Shown here one piece after another: positions 22,103-32,245 of a stretch of DNA of 64,000 nucleotides. The translations under genes were made by a program, and so were the position numbers. How positions within the stretch are numbered: the first letter of the stretch is position 1; each line of letters starts with the position of its first letter. The DNA comes from Vulcanimicrobiota bacterium (lineage in GTDB: Bacteria > Vulcanimicrobiota > Vulcanimicrobiia > Vulcanimicrobiales > Vulcanimicrobiaceae), in assembly GCA_963786105.1 (NCBI GenBank), contig CAWAXX010000024.1, positions 1-64,000 on the forward strand, written 5' to 3'. A model generated the notes under the pieces. The model saw only the letters and a program-made list of their open reading frames with translations, ran no database searches and was not told the DNA's origin.

Positions 22103-22777
22103 TTACGAGCAGAGTGGGCGTTTTTCCGGAATGCCGGTTCGGCGCGGAAAGCGTTGCGGCGTAAGGCCGGTTTTGCGAATCAAAACGATGCGGCGATCGC
22201 CGTCGAGCGTGCGTTCTTCGCCAACTTCTGCTGCCAGCACGAGCGCCGCATCGGCGAGGCCGCTTTGCTCGCGTGCGTCCATCGTTCCGCGCTGCAAGAT
22301 CGCGACGCCGCCCGGCTTGATGAAAGGCAAGAGCAATTCGGCGACCGTTGGCGCGGTGGAAATGGCCCGTGCCGTGCCGCTCGCGAACGCGTCGCGCAAG
22401 CGCTCGGTGCGGGCGGCAATTTCGGCGCGTTCGGCCACGACCTCACCGGCGAGTTCGAACGTTTCCAACATGCGCTGCAGAAAGCGCGCCTTTTTGCCGG
22501 TCGCTTCGATTAACGTGATCGGCACGCCGGTCGCAATCGCGACCGGAATAGCCGGCAATCCCGCGCCGGACCCGACGTCGACCAGCGAATCGGCGACGAA
22601 CGGCACGACGGTGAGGCTGTCGACGATGTGCGGCACCAACTCGTGCGCACTTTTCGCTCCGGTCAGGTTGAACGTGCGGTTGCCCTCAAGCACGGCCGCG
22701 CCGTAGCGCGCGAGCGGGCCGACGAGCCGCTGCTCGATCCCCGCACCGGCGAGAAGCGCCTCGAGTTCGTCCGTCAC
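22103..22777 (-). CDS. rsmG: 16S rRNA m7G527 methyltransferase
   Basis: FNLT, HIVDSL, DVGSGAGLPAIP, KKARFL, FPRRTGIP.K.PL. Confidence 0.95.
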   Translation of the reverse strand: MTDELEALLAGAGIEQRLVGPLARYGAAVLEGNRTFNLTGAKSAHELVPHIVDSLTVVPFVADSLVDVGSGAGLPAIPVAIATGVPITLIEATGKKARFLQRMLETFELAGEVVAERAEIAARTERLRDAFASGTARAISTAPTVAELLLPFIKPGGVAILQRGTMDAREQSGLADAALVLAAEVGEERTLDGDRRIVLIRKTGLTPQRFPRRTGIPEKRPLCS

Positions 22778-22781
22778 GACG

Positions 22782-24644
22782 CTAGGGCGATACGGTTTCG
22801 CGCGCGCGGTGAACGAACAAACCCACGATCGCGACGTCGGCCGGCGTGACGCCGGGAATTCGGGCGGCGGACCCGAGCGTTCGCGGCCGCTGATGCGCGA
22901 GTTTTTCGCGCGCCTCTCGCGACAACGCGACGATGCCGGCGTAATCGAAGCCGTCCGGTATCACGATGCGCTCGCTTTTCGCGGCTTTTTCGATCGCCGT
23001 TTGCTGGCGCCGGACGTAGCCTTCGCATTTCAGCTCGATCGCCACGCGTTCGCCGACGTCCGCTTCGAGCGGCGGATCGAAGTGGCCGGCGAGGTCGGCA
23101 AACTGCAACCCCGGCCGGCGCAAGGCATCGGCCAAGGTCGCTCCGGAGTCGAAACGGTCGTCGCCGATGCGCTCGACGCCGACGCGGCTGCGTTCGGCGC
23201 GCTCGATGGCATCGTGCAGTGCGGTGCGCCGGCGTTCGAACGCGTTCCAGGCGTCGTCGTCGATTAATCCGGCAGCGCGGCCGATCGGCGTCAAGCGCGC
23301 ATCGGCGTTGTCGTGGCGCAGCACGACGCGGTGTTCGGCGCGCGACGTGAGCATGCGATACGGCTCGTCGACGCCCTTGGTGATGAGATCGTCGATGAGT
23401 ACGCCGATATAGGCCTGACTGCGCGCGAGCCGCACCGGTTCGGCTCCGATCGCGGCGCGCGCAGCGTTGATTCCCGCGATCAAGCCCTGTGCGGCGGCCT
23501 CTTCGTATCCCGACGTTCCGTTGAGCTGGCCGCAATGATAGAGTCCGGCGATACGCCGGGTTTCGAGCGTGTCGTGCAACTCGATCGGCGGCACCATGTC
23601 GTATTCGACGGCGTATCCGGCGCGGATCATCGTGCACGCTTCCAACCCGGGCAGCGTGTGTAGCATCTCCAACTGCACCTCGGCCGGCAACGACGTCGAA
23701 AAACCGCCGACATAGAGGGTCGGCTCGTTCCAGCCCTCGGGTTCGATGAAGATTTGGTGCGATGGATTGTGCGCAAATTTCACGACTTTATCTTCGATCG
23801 ACGGGCAGTACCGTGGACCGACGCCGCGGATGAGATCGAGCCCGTAAAGCGGCGAGAGATGCAGATTCTCGCGTACGAGCGCGTGCGTGCGCTCGTTGGT
23901 TTCGGTGACGTAGCACGGGAGCTGCGGCCCCCCGAATCGCGCTTCGCTCGCGTAGGAAAACAGAAGCGGCGTTTCGCTCGGCCGTTGGAGCAGCATCGCG
24001 CCGGGATCGATCGTCGACTTATCGATGCGCGGCGGCGTGCCGGTCTTGAGACGCCGCGTTGGAAATCCGAGCCGGCGCAACGCATGCGCCAAGCCGACCG
24101 CCGGCGCTTCGCCGAACCGTCCTTCGGCTTGTACGACCCCGCCGCGAAACGACTTTCCGCCCAGAAAGGTCCCGGTCGCAAGCACCACTCGGCGCGCGCG
24201 GTAGCGCGCACCGTCGTCGCAGAGAACGCCGGCTACCGCACCTGCCTCGACGATCAGATCCTCAACCAGACCGCGGACGATCGTGAGATTCGGCTGGCCG
24301 CGCAACTCGTCGATGGCTTCGCGCGCATAGGCGGGCTTGTCCATTTGCTGGCGCAGCGCGCGTACCGCGGGGCCCTTGCTTTCGTTGAGAAACCGGGCGT
24401 GAAGGCTGCAGCGGTCGGCCAGACGCCCCATAGCGCCGCCCAGCGCGTCGATTTCGCGCACGAGCTGGCCCTTCGCGCTGCCGCCGATCGACGGATTGCA
24501 CGGCAGCGTACAGATCTTTTCGGGGTTGCCCGTTACCAGCATCGTCGGCACGCCGATGCGGGCAGCCGCCAGCGCTGCTTCAACGCCCGCGTGGCCGCCG
24601 CCGACGATGATGACGGCCGCATGATCCTGATTCGAGCTACGCAT
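22782..24644 (-). CDS. mnmG: tRNA uridine-5-carboxymethylaminomethyl synthesis enzyme MnmG (GidA)
   Basis: [52 protein letters not shown]. Confidence 0.98.
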   Translation of the reverse strand: MRSSNQDHAAVIIVGGGHAGVEAALAAARIGVPTMLVTGNPEKICTLPCNPSIGGSAKGQLVREIDALGGAMGRLADRCSLHARFLNESKGPAVRALRQQMDKPAYAREAIDELRGQPNLTIVRGLVEDLIVEAGAVAGVLCDDGARYRARRVVLATGTFLGGKSFRGGVVQAEGRFGEAPAVGLAHALRRLGFPTRRLKTGTPPRIDKSTIDPGAMLLQRPSETPLLFSYASEARFGGPQLPCYVTETNERTHALVRENLHLSPLYGLDLIRGVGPRYCPSIEDKVVKFAHNPSHQIFIEPEGWNEPTLYVGGFSTSLPAEVQLEMLHTLPGLEACTMIRAGYAVEYDMVPPIELHDTLETRRIAGLYHCGQLNGTSGYEEAAAQGLIAGINAARAAIGAEPVRLARSQAYIGVLIDDLITKGVDEPYRMLTSRAEHRVVLRHDNADARLTPIGRAAGLIDDDAWNAFERRRTALHDAIERAERSRVGVERIGDDRFDSGATLADALRRPGLQFADLAGHFDPPLEADVGERVAIELKCEGYVRRQQTAIEKAAKSERIVIPDGFDYAGIVALSREAREKLAHQRPRTLGSAARIPGVTPADVAIVGLFVHRARETVSP

Positions 24645-24703
24645 GAGACGTCTCTAGCCCTACGGGAGCGGCAGTGGAGAGTTCCTGCGACTCGTGAAGG
24701 CGT

Positions 24704-25261
24704 CTAGGCTGGAGCAGCCGGCGGCGTCGTGGCGTGCGCGCGCAACCGGAACGAAAGCGCGATCATGATAATTCCGAAGACGCACGCGTACGCAGCGATA
24801 ATCCAAATAATGGCCAGCGCGGCGGCGGCCGGATGCCAGATCATCAGGACGCCGAACACCAGCGAACAAATTCCGGCGAGGATGAGCAGCCACTCGTTGG
24901 CAATCGTCTTGCGGAGCTGAATGGCGGCGGCGATTTCGAGAATGCCGGTGATGAACGCCCAAGCGGCGATCGTCAGATAGAGTGCTAGCAGCGTGATGCC
25001 GACGTCGTAGACGGTGATGGCGGCGATCGCCAAACCGACGATGCCCTCGAGCAAGAACGGCCACCAGCGTTCGTGGGCTTGGGCCGCGCGAACGGCGGCC
25101 ACGATCGCAAAGACGCCGTCGACGAAAGCGTAGGCGCCGAACAGGATCCCGATGACGACCAGCGTCGCTCCGGGCCACGCGAACGCCAGAATGCCGAAAA
25201 TGACGGCAGCAATGCCGCGGATGAGAAGCGCCCACCAGTTGCGCGCGAGAACGTTAACCAT
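24704..25261 (-). CDS. HdeD/DUF308 membrane protein
   Basis: NWWALLIRGIAAVIFGILAFAWPG.., about six TM helices. Confidence 0.88.
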   Translation of the reverse strand: MVNVLARNWWALLIRGIAAVIFGILAFAWPGATLVVIGILFGAYAFVDGVFAIVAAVRAAQAHERWWPFLLEGIVGLAIAAITVYDVGITLLALYLTIAAWAFITGILEIAAAIQLRKTIANEWLLILAGICSLVFGVLMIWHPAAAALAIIWIIAAYACVFGIIMIALSFRLRAHATTPPAAPA

Positions 25262-25285
25262 GGCGAAGCTCCTTTCAGGCGAGTG

Positions 25286-25654
25286 CTACTCGGTAAGAAC
25301 TTTTCCGTTGGCGAGAACGACGCGTTGGACGGTGCACAGATGGGGGTGCGCTCCGTTCCATGGGTAGCCCATGAGACCGTCCTTCAAGTTGTGATTGATC
25401 GCCGTGTTATGCGCGAAATCTCCGCGATCGACGAATACGGCTTTGTGGGAGTGATAGCCGACGAGAAAGTCGACTTCGGTCGCTGGCGACGAATGGGTGT
25501 TGTAGTAGACGACGTTGATGCCGTTGGTTTGGCCGCTGTTATCGTTCACCACGCAGCTTTGAATGGCGATGCCCAGCTGCTGAACGATGTTGGCTTGCGC
25601 GGCCGAGGAGAGCAGAACGAAGACGGCCAGGAGCGTGAAAACCGTGCGTTTCAT
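25286..25654 (-). CDS. Secreted hypothetical protein, 122 aa
   Basis: Signal peptide MKRTVFTLLAVFVLLSSAAQA; beta-rich body with two Cys. Confidence 0.7.
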   Translation of the reverse strand: MKRTVFTLLAVFVLLSSAAQANIVQQLGIAIQSCVVNDNSGQTNGINVVYYNTHSSPATEVDFLVGYHSHKAVFVDRGDFAHNTAINHNLKDGLMGYPWNGAHPHLCTVQRVVLANGKVLTE

Positions 25655-25680
25655 CGGTGAAATGCCTTTCGTCCCATCGG

Positions 25681-27042
25681 TCACTTGCCGATGCAGAAGC
25701 GAGCGAAAATCCCGTCGAGCACTTCTTCGGCGGCGATACGCTCGCTTACATGCCCCAGTGCTGAGAATGCGGTCTGGAGCTCCCCGGCGATGAAATCGCT
25801 CGGCTCGCCGCCGGCCAGGGTGTCGCGTGCCCGGGAGAGCGCCTCGAGCGCTTCGTTGACGGCGGCGAACTCGCGCAACGCTGCCAAGTGCGGCCGTTCC
25901 AGGTCGGGAAGCTCGCCGCCCCATCCGGCCCGCGCCACGGCGTCGCGAAGCGCCGCCAGCGAAGCGGGGTTCCACACGCTGCCGACGATTGCGTCCGGAT
26001 CGCCGGCCTCGCGGGCGCCGGCGTCGCCGAGATCGGCCTTGTTGAAGAAAACCACCCGCACGCGATTGCGCGTCACGTCGAGCAGAGCGCGCGCTTCCGC
26101 CGTGAGCGGCTGCGAGCCGTCGATGACGACGATGGCGATCCGCGCCGACGCTAAGGCGCGCTGCGCCCGTTCGATACCGGCCGCTTCTAGGCGATCGGCG
26201 TGCGCCCGAATACCGGCGGTGTCGACGAGCCGGACGGTAACGCCGCCGACGACGACCGACTCCTCGATCGTGTCGCGAGTCGTTCCGGCGAGTTCGGAAA
26301 CGATAGCGCGATCTTCACCGAGCAGGGCGTTCAGGAGCGACGATTTGCCGGCGTTGGGCGGTCCGACGATGGCCGCGGTAACGCCTTCGCGCACCAGCCG
26401 GCCGCGTTCGCCGTCGGCTCGCAGTTGTTCGAGATCGGCCGTTAGAGCCGCCAGCGTCGCGTCGAGACGACTCGGGTCTGGATCCGGGACCTCGTCGGGA
26501 AAGTCGATTGCGGCCGCCAGCTCTTCCAGCACCGCTGCGAGCCTTACGCGGAGCGTCCGGACGTGGCCGGCAAGCCCGCCGCCCAAGTTTGCGAGCGCGG
26601 CGCGGGCGGCCGAGCGGGTTTCGGCGTCGATGACGTCGGCGACCGCCTCGGCTTCGTGCAGATCCATCTTTCCGTTGAGAAACGCGCGCCGCGTGAACTC
26701 TCCGGGCTGCGCGTGGCGCGCGCCGCACGCCAGCAGCGCGCGCACGATTTCTCGCGCGACGACCGGCGAGCCGTGGACCTGCAATTCGAGAAGATCTTCA
26801 CCGGTGTAACTCGCCGGCGCCGCAAACAGCAGCGCGAGACCGCGATCCAGTGGGCGTCCGCGTTCGTCGAGGACGGTTACCGCCGTCGCAACGCGAGGTT
26901 GGAGTTCGTCTTTGGTGCGCACCAGCCGTCGCGCCAGATCGCGCGCGGCGGGGCCGCTCACGCGCACGATAGCGATCGCCCCTTTTCCCGGCGGCGTCGC
27001 AATTGCCGCAATCGTGTCGTCAGCGTGCGAGCGCGTACTCAC
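25681..27042 (-). CDS. mnmE: tRNA modification GTPase MnmE (TrmE)
   Basis: DTIAAIATPPG, SYTGED, GEFTRRAFLNGK, GPPNAGKSS, GTTRD, DTAG, NKAD, FCIGK. Confidence 0.98.
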   Translation of the reverse strand: MSTRSHADDTIAAIATPPGKGAIAIVRVSGPAARDLARRLVRTKDELQPRVATAVTVLDERGRPLDRGLALLFAAPASYTGEDLLELQVHGSPVVAREIVRALLACGARHAQPGEFTRRAFLNGKMDLHEAEAVADVIDAETRSAARAALANLGGGLAGHVRTLRVRLAAVLEELAAAIDFPDEVPDPDPSRLDATLAALTADLEQLRADGERGRLVREGVTAAIVGPPNAGKSSLLNALLGEDRAIVSELAGTTRDTIEESVVVGGVTVRLVDTAGIRAHADRLEAAGIERAQRALASARIAIVVIDGSQPLTAEARALLDVTRNRVRVVFFNKADLGDAGAREAGDPDAIVGSVWNPASLAALRDAVARAGWGGELPDLERPHLAALREFAAVNEALEALSRARDTLAGGEPSDFIAGELQTAFSALGHVSERIAAEEVLDGIFARFCIGK

Positions 27043-27053
27043 GCGATCACGGG

Positions 27054-27737
27054 TTAGACCGGGAAGACGACGACCCGCCGTTCGGGCTCTTCACCTTCCG
27101 ATTCGGTGCGCACCAGTTCCGACTCGGCTAAGGCCAAGTGCACGATTTTGCGTTCGGATGGAAGCATCGGCTCGAGCCGCTGCGGTGCGCCTTCGCGAGT
27201 GCAGCGCTCGAGGGTCGCCAGCGCAAGGTTACGCAACTGCTCGGCGCGGCGCGCACGATAGCCTTCGGCGTCGATCGTAAAATAGCGGCGGTTGTTGCGC
27301 ACGCCGGCGTTGAGAATGTTGTTGAAGATGAGATTCAGCGCTTCGAGCGTGTTGCCGTGCCGGCCGATCAACATGCCGAGATCGGGGCCGCTGACTTCCA
27401 GATACTCGCCCTCGGCGCGCGGAATGTAGTGGATGTCGACGTGCTGCAAGCCCATGAGGCCGAGAATCTCGTCGAGCAACGCGCGCGCGGGCTTGGCATC
27501 CTCGGGAAGCTCGAAGTGCTCGAGCGTGCTCGGTCCGGTGTGCAGCGGCGGCCCGAAACGACGGCGCCCACCGCCGCCCGCAGGCCGGTCTCCGCCGCGC
27601 CGGCGGTCGCCCCCGCCATAGCCGCGTCCGCCGCCGGTTCCGCGGCCACCGCCTCCGCCGCCCGATTTTCCGGGAATCGCGCGATCGCGAATGTTGGCGG
27701 GTTGTTCTTCGAACTCGAAATCGTCTTCGTATAGCAT
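27054..27737 (-). CDS. jag: Jag/EloR (KhpB) RNA-binding protein, KH+R3H, lacking the Jag_N domain
   Basis: LIGRHGNTLEAL (KH GxxG), ERKIVH (R3H), SEGEEPERRVV; synteny with yidC and mnmE. Confidence 0.9.
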   Translation of the reverse strand: MLYEDDFEFEEQPANIRDRAIPGKSGGGGGGRGTGGGRGYGGGDRRRGGDRPAGGGGRRRFGPPLHTGPSTLEHFELPEDAKPARALLDEILGLMGLQHVDIHYIPRAEGEYLEVSGPDLGMLIGRHGNTLEALNLIFNNILNAGVRNNRRYFTIDAEGYRARRAEQLRNLALATLERCTREGAPQRLEPMLPSERKIVHLALAESELVRTESEGEEPERRVVVFPV

Positions 27738-27748
27738 GGATGTCGCGG

Positions 27749-28621
27749 TTACGCGCCTTTCCTATTCTTCTTTTTGGACCGGGAGGATCCGGACCGCTGG
27801 GATTTCGCCTTTGAAGCGCCGTTGGAGCCGGCAGAGCCGTCACCGGGCAGCGCTTTGGCGCCGGCTGCTTCTTCGGGCGCCGGCACGTCGGTGATCATAT
27901 GGGAGCTGTCGGCGAACGACAGCGGTTCGTGGGACTTGCGCAACATGAAGAGCGTTTGCGCCATCGTAAATGCGTTAAAGGAGAACCAGTACAGCACCAT
28001 GGCGGACGGCCATTGATACTTCCAGCCGAAGAAGCCGAGCATCAACGGAGAGATGAACGACATCAAGCGCTGCGTTTGGGCTTGCTGAGGATCGGTCGCC
28101 GGCATGCTGCCGAATCGGACGCTGAGGTACATCGACATGGCGTACAAGACGAGTAAGACGACGTCGCTGTGCGCGAGGCTCGTCGCCAAGATCTTGGGAT
28201 ACGTCTGCGATACCCCGCTCCCGATCCAAAGCCAATGCTGATTCGCGAACAGGTCCTTGTGGTTCATCACCACGTAGTAGACGCTCAGAATGAACGGCCA
28301 CTGCACGAGCATCGGCCAGCAGCCGGCCAGCGGGTTGACGCCTTGCTGCTTGTACAGCGCCATCGTTTCTTGCTGCAGCTTCTGGTTGTCGTCTTTGTAG
28401 CGCGCCTGCAGCTTCTTGATTTGCGGGGCGATGCGCTGCATCTTCATCATCGAGCGGAACTGGGCCGCATTGAGCGGCCAGAATACGCCGCGAATCAGCG
28501 CCGCCAGGATGATCAGGCTCCAGCCGAGGTTGTTGACATATTTGTCGATGAACAACACGATTTGGGCCATCGCGTTGACGATCGGGTCGAGCCACGAGGT
28601 GGCCAGCAGCAGGTGCATCAC
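27749..28621 (-). CDS. yidC: Membrane protein insertase YidC (short form without large periplasmic domain)
   Basis: SMMKMQ..PQIKKLQ, ETMALYKQQGVNPLAGCWPMLVQ, PSAMVLYW. Confidence 0.95.
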   Translation of the reverse strand: MMHLLLATSWLDPIVNAMAQIVLFIDKYVNNLGWSLIILAALIRGVFWPLNAAQFRSMMKMQRIAPQIKKLQARYKDDNQKLQQETMALYKQQGVNPLAGCWPMLVQWPFILSVYYVVMNHKDLFANQHWLWIGSGVSQTYPKILATSLAHSDVVLLVLYAMSMYLSVRFGSMPATDPQQAQTQRLMSFISPLMLGFFGWKYQWPSAMVLYWFSFNAFTMAQTLFMLRKSHEPLSFADSSHMITDVPAPEEAAGAKALPGDGSAGSNGASKAKSQRSGSSRSKKKNRKGA

Positions 28622-28843
28622 CTAGGAATGGTGTCCGTCTACGAAGTCGACGCCGCCGGGATTCCACGGATGGCAGCGAGCGAGGCGGGCCAGGGCGAGC
28701 CAGCCGCCGCGGAGCACGCCGCGTTCGCGGACGGCAACCAGCGCGTACTGCGAGCAGCTGGGGTAAAAGCGGCAAGCCGACGGTAGTAACGGCGAGATCG
28801 CGAGTTGGTACAGCCGAATCAGGCCGACGAGCAAAAATCGCAT
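28622..28843 (-). CDS. yidD: Membrane protein insertion efficiency factor YidD
   Basis: [30 protein letters not shown]. Confidence 0.95.
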   Translation of the reverse strand: MRFLLVGLIRLYQLAISPLLPSACRFYPSCSQYALVAVRERGVLRGGWLALARLARCHPWNPGGVDFVDGHHS

Positions 28844-28850
28844 CGAAGCG

Positions 28851-29180
28851 CTAAACGCGGCCCAATGCCACGGCGACTTCGTCCGCAAGCGCGGCGTAGG
28901 CGACGTCGGCGGCGGCGGGACGCGCAACGACAACCAGCCGCATCGCGCGGCGAGAGTGTGCGAGCGCATCGTTGACGATCGCCGCGAGGCGGCGGCGCAG
29001 TTTGTTACGGACCACGGCCTTTCCGATCGATTTGTTCACGGTGATGCCGACCAGCGACGTTGCGTCGCTCGGAAGAGCATCGGTAAGATACAGGGTAAGC
29101 GTCTTGGTCGCGATGCGCCGGCCACGCTGTCGCAGGCGGGCAAAATCCGCTCTGCGGCGCAGGCTGGCGAATCGTCGCAT
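28851..29180 (-). CDS. rnpA: Ribonuclease P protein component
   Basis: [28 protein letters not shown] (RNR motif). Confidence 0.93.
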   Translation of the reverse strand: MRRFASLRRRADFARLRQRGRRIATKTLTLYLTDALPSDATSLVGITVNKSIGKAVVRNKLRRRLAAIVNDALAHSRRAMRLVVVARPAAADVAYAALADEVAVALGRV

Positions 29181-29314
29181 CAGACCGCCAGGCGGTGGCG
29201 TCCCTTCTTCCGGCGCCGCGCGAGCACTTTACGCCCGCTTTGCGTGCTCATCCGCTCCAAAAACCCGTGCACGCGCTTGCGCCGGCGATTGTGCGGCTGG
29301 TACGTCCGCTTCAT
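29180..29314 (-). CDS. rpmH: 50S ribosomal protein L34 (not in ORF track)
   Basis: [44 protein letters not shown]. Confidence 0.98.
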   Translation of the reverse strand: MKRTYQPHNRRRKRVHGFLERMSTQSGRKVLARRRKKGRHRLAV

Positions 29315-29378
29315 GTAAACTCTTTCCTATTAACAAAAACAACTGCCCCAGGCCGAACCCGGCGGCAGACAGCCCCTA

Positions 29379-29408
29379 AGTATAGCCAGCCCGCGCGGGG
29401 AGCGTCAA
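29379..29408 (-). promoter_or_regulatory. Sigma70-type promoter of the rpmH operon
   Basis: TTGACG-N18-TATACT on the minus strand. Confidence 0.7.
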
Positions 29409-29520
29409 GGACAGTGGACTGGCTCGGCCCGCTCTGAAGGAGGAGAACCCTCTTTGGGGACGGCTCCCCGGCGTCCTTGGCCTGGGACTGTTCGTCTTGA
29501 GTGCGGAACCACTACCAGGC

Positions 29521-30909
29521 ATGCGTGCTTTCGTTCGGCTTTGCGTCTGTTCGGTGGCCCTCATCGCTGCTGGATGTACTACTGCCAATCACCAGGGTGC
29601 TTTCGGCAATTCGACGCTGGTTCCGAGCGTGCGTCCGCCGGATCGCGCCCGGCGAGACTCCAGCCAATACATAAAGCACGTCGTCATCATCGTTCAGGAA
29701 AACCGAAGTTTCGACAATATTTTTGCCGGGTTTCCGAACGCGGATGCTCCGACCTATGGGTACAAACATAACGGCGCCCTGCAAAACCTCAAACAAATCG
29801 GATTTACGAAAGGCGTCGGCGTCGATATCGGGCACTCCTACGGTCAAGCTCTGACCGAATACGATTTCGGAAAGATGGATGGGTTCGACGAGGACGTCTT
29901 CAACAATAAACAACCGGCACGAAACTATCCCTACGCATTCGTGAATCGTACGCAGGTAAAGCCGTATTGGGACATGGCGAGCCAATACGTGCTGGCCGAT
30001 CACATGTTTCCGACGGTTTGGGGGCCAAGCTTTACCGCACATCTCGATCTCATCGCCGGCACGACGGTGGTTTCGGACACTTCCGGAACTGTCGTTAGCG
30101 AGATCGACACGCCGTACAACCAGCAATATCCAAACTGGAATTGCTCGGCCCAGCCGCAACCACCCACCTACATTTTAACCTACAAGAACGGGCAAAAAAC
30201 TTGGAGCGGAGGCGGCCCACCGCCGTGCTTCACGCAGTTTCGTACCATGGCCGATACGCTCGATGCGGCGAACGTTTCATGGAAATACTATTCGCCGGCC
30301 ATCGGAACGGGTAGCGGGCAGCTGTGGTCTGCCTTCGGGGCTATCCAAAACGTCTACACTGGTCCGGATTGGACAAAGGACGTTATCTCGCCGGAATCGA
30401 CCGTTCTAACGGACGTGCCGAATGGTACGCTGCCGTCCGTCTCTTGGGTTATCCCGGACAATACGAACTCGGATCACGACGGCAACGGCTCGGACACCGG
30501 GCCATCGTGGGTCGCGGCGGTCGTGAATACGATCGGAGCAAGCCAATATTGGGATTCGACGGCAATCGTCGTAGTTTGGGACGATTGGGGCGGCTGGTAC
30601 GATGACGTTCCGCCGCCGCAACTCGACTTTATGGGCTTGGGTATCCGAGTCGGATGCATCATCGTCTCACCGTATGCGAAGGCCGGTTCGGTGGTTCACA
30701 CGCAGTATGAATTTGGATCGATCCTAAAGTTCATCGAGGACACCTTCGGCGTTCCTTCGCTGGGTTATACCGACGCGAGGGCGAGCAGCTTGGCCGATAG
30801 CTTTGACTTCACCCAACATCCGCTCAAGTTCAGAAAGATCAGGGCGAAGTACCCCGCGTCATATTTTCTCGGTCAGCGGCCCTCGAGAACGCTCCCGGAT
30901 GACGAGTAG
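29521..30909 (+). CDS. Phosphoesterase (AcpA/phospholipase C family) lipoprotein, paralog 1
   Basis: Lipobox-like [41 protein letters not shown]. Confidence 0.9.
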   Translation: MRAFVRLCVCSVALIAAGCTTANHQGAFGNSTLVPSVRPPDRARRDSSQYIKHVVIIVQENRSFDNIFAGFPNADAPTYGYKHNGALQNLKQIGFTKGVGVDIGHSYGQALTEYDFGKMDGFDEDVFNNKQPARNYPYAFVNRTQVKPYWDMASQYVLADHMFPTVWGPSFTAHLDLIAGTTVVSDTSGTVVSEIDTPYNQQYPNWNCSAQPQPPTYILTYKNGQKTWSGGGPPPCFTQFRTMADTLDAANVSWKYYSPAIGTGSGQLWSAFGAIQNVYTGPDWTKDVISPESTVLTDVPNGTLPSVSWVIPDNTNSDHDGNGSDTGPSWVAAVVNTIGASQYWDSTAIVVVWDDWGGWYDDVPPPQLDFMGLGIRVGCIIVSPYAKAGSVVHTQYEFGSILKFIEDTFGVPSLGYTDARASSLADSFDFTQHPLKFRKIRAKYPASYFLGQRPSRTLPDDE

Positions 30910-32240
30910 CCATCCAGCCATTCGTCGAGGAAACCGGCAAATCGATCGGGATCGATCTCGTAATCCGCGTGATGCGGGTAACCAAAGGTCGGAGGTTCCG
31001 GAGCGTTGTTGATATTCACGGCGGGACCCGTAATCATCGTCACGTCGACGCCGATTGCGCTCAGTGGGTAGGGCCACGCCCCCAACAAGAAGGGATGCGT
31101 GAGATAGCATACGTGCGCGCCCGGTCTCGCGAAGAGCGTGTTGATCATTTGCGATCCGACTGGCCCCATGACGTAACGGGCATCGCGCACATACTTGGCC
31201 AATTCTTGTAGGGGATAATCCTCGGGGTAGACGATCGTAAAACCTCGCGACCGCACGAGCGACTCAATCGCCTCGCAGTTAAGCAGCTTCGTCCAGCGGT
31301 AGGGTTTTCGACCCAAAAAAAGCCGCTCGATCGAAGGCCCCACTCGAGGCAGAACTTCGACGGCTTGGCCCATCTCGGTGAGAATGGGAGCCCAACGGGC
31401 TGGGACGGTGCAAAACTTGTCCCAAGCGAACTTCTCGTTGAACCACGGTAGCATCGGGGCGTAGCCCAGGCCGGGGGCGCACCAGAGCCGGCGAACGCGC
31501 ACCTCGTGCTCCGGTGAAAGCTCGACGATTTCGGTGCCTTCGGGCATCACGAGTTCCAAGAGCTGACGATGCGTCTCCGGCATGCCCGAGTCGATCAAGA
31601 CGGGAACCCGCGGGAGATGCCCGGACAAAACGGCGGAAACGTATCTCGGAACATAATCGCCGAGCCAGTGCCCCCACGACATGGTAGAGGTGCCGAGGAG
31701 CGAGCCGAAGGCTTCCTCGATCTCGAGGATCGGCTGATCGTACTGAATTTCCCACGCGACGTCGCCGTCGGCAGAGAACACGTACTGGTCGACGTTCCAG
31801 CGGTCGTCCGTGTCCAGAAGTTCACGACGCTCGTAATCGAGCACCGGCGACCCACCCACCCACAGAAAGGGCGAGCGCGCGTGGATGCGCGCATTCGATA
31901 CACACGCGACGTAGGAGGAGCGGGCCGTACCGGCGAGCGGGTGCCAGTCGCCCTCGCCGATCACCCGTGGTGACGGGATGGCGAATGTTTCACCGGATGG
32001 ATGGATTTCAGCAAAGCTGACGCTTTTTGCGGCGGCGATATCGCGAAGACTCGCCACCTGCTTGGATACAATCCGCTGCGGTCGCGAGCGATTGATGCTT
32101 TTCTGCGGCGAAAGCTGCTCTTGATATATTTTGAATCCTTCGTCGATGCCGAATTGCCCGACGAGAACGTCCTTGACGTAGCAGAGATAGAAAATGTTGC
32201 AATCGTCAGGGAGCGGGAACAACTGCAGTGCGTCGATCAC
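30873..32240 (-). CDS. Glycosyltransferase family 61 (DUF563)
   Basis: WGHWLGD..PR, RLFLGR..LLN.E.IE..GF..VYPE, GPVGS..NTLFARPG. Confidence 0.8.
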   Translation of the reverse strand: MIDALQLFPLPDDCNIFYLCYVKDVLVGQFGIDEGFKIYQEQLSPQKSINRSRPQRIVSKQVASLRDIAAAKSVSFAEIHPSGETFAIPSPRVIGEGDWHPLAGTARSSYVACVSNARIHARSPFLWVGGSPVLDYERRELLDTDDRWNVDQYVFSADGDVAWEIQYDQPILEIEEAFGSLLGTSTMSWGHWLGDYVPRYVSAVLSGHLPRVPVLIDSGMPETHRQLLELVMPEGTEIVELSPEHEVRVRRLWCAPGLGYAPMLPWFNEKFAWDKFCTVPARWAPILTEMGQAVEVLPRVGPSIERLFLGRKPYRWTKLLNCEAIESLVRSRGFTIVYPEDYPLQELAKYVRDARYVMGPVGSQMINTLFARPGAHVCYLTHPFLLGAWPYPLSAIGVDVTMITGPAVNINNAPEPPTFGYPHHADYEIDPDRFAGFLDEWLDGYSSSGSVLEGR

Positions 32241-32245
32241 AGCGG

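Noticed and set aside
7051..28786. Many long antisense or alternate-frame ORFs (e.g. 25685-26809, 19274-20299, 23754-24707)
   Set aside because: Shadow ORFs of high-GC genes; Arg/Ala-rich with no motifs
30873..30909. 37-bp convergent overlap of phosphoesterase 1 and GT61 as antisense regulation
   Set aside because: Short 3' overlaps are common in GC-rich genomes
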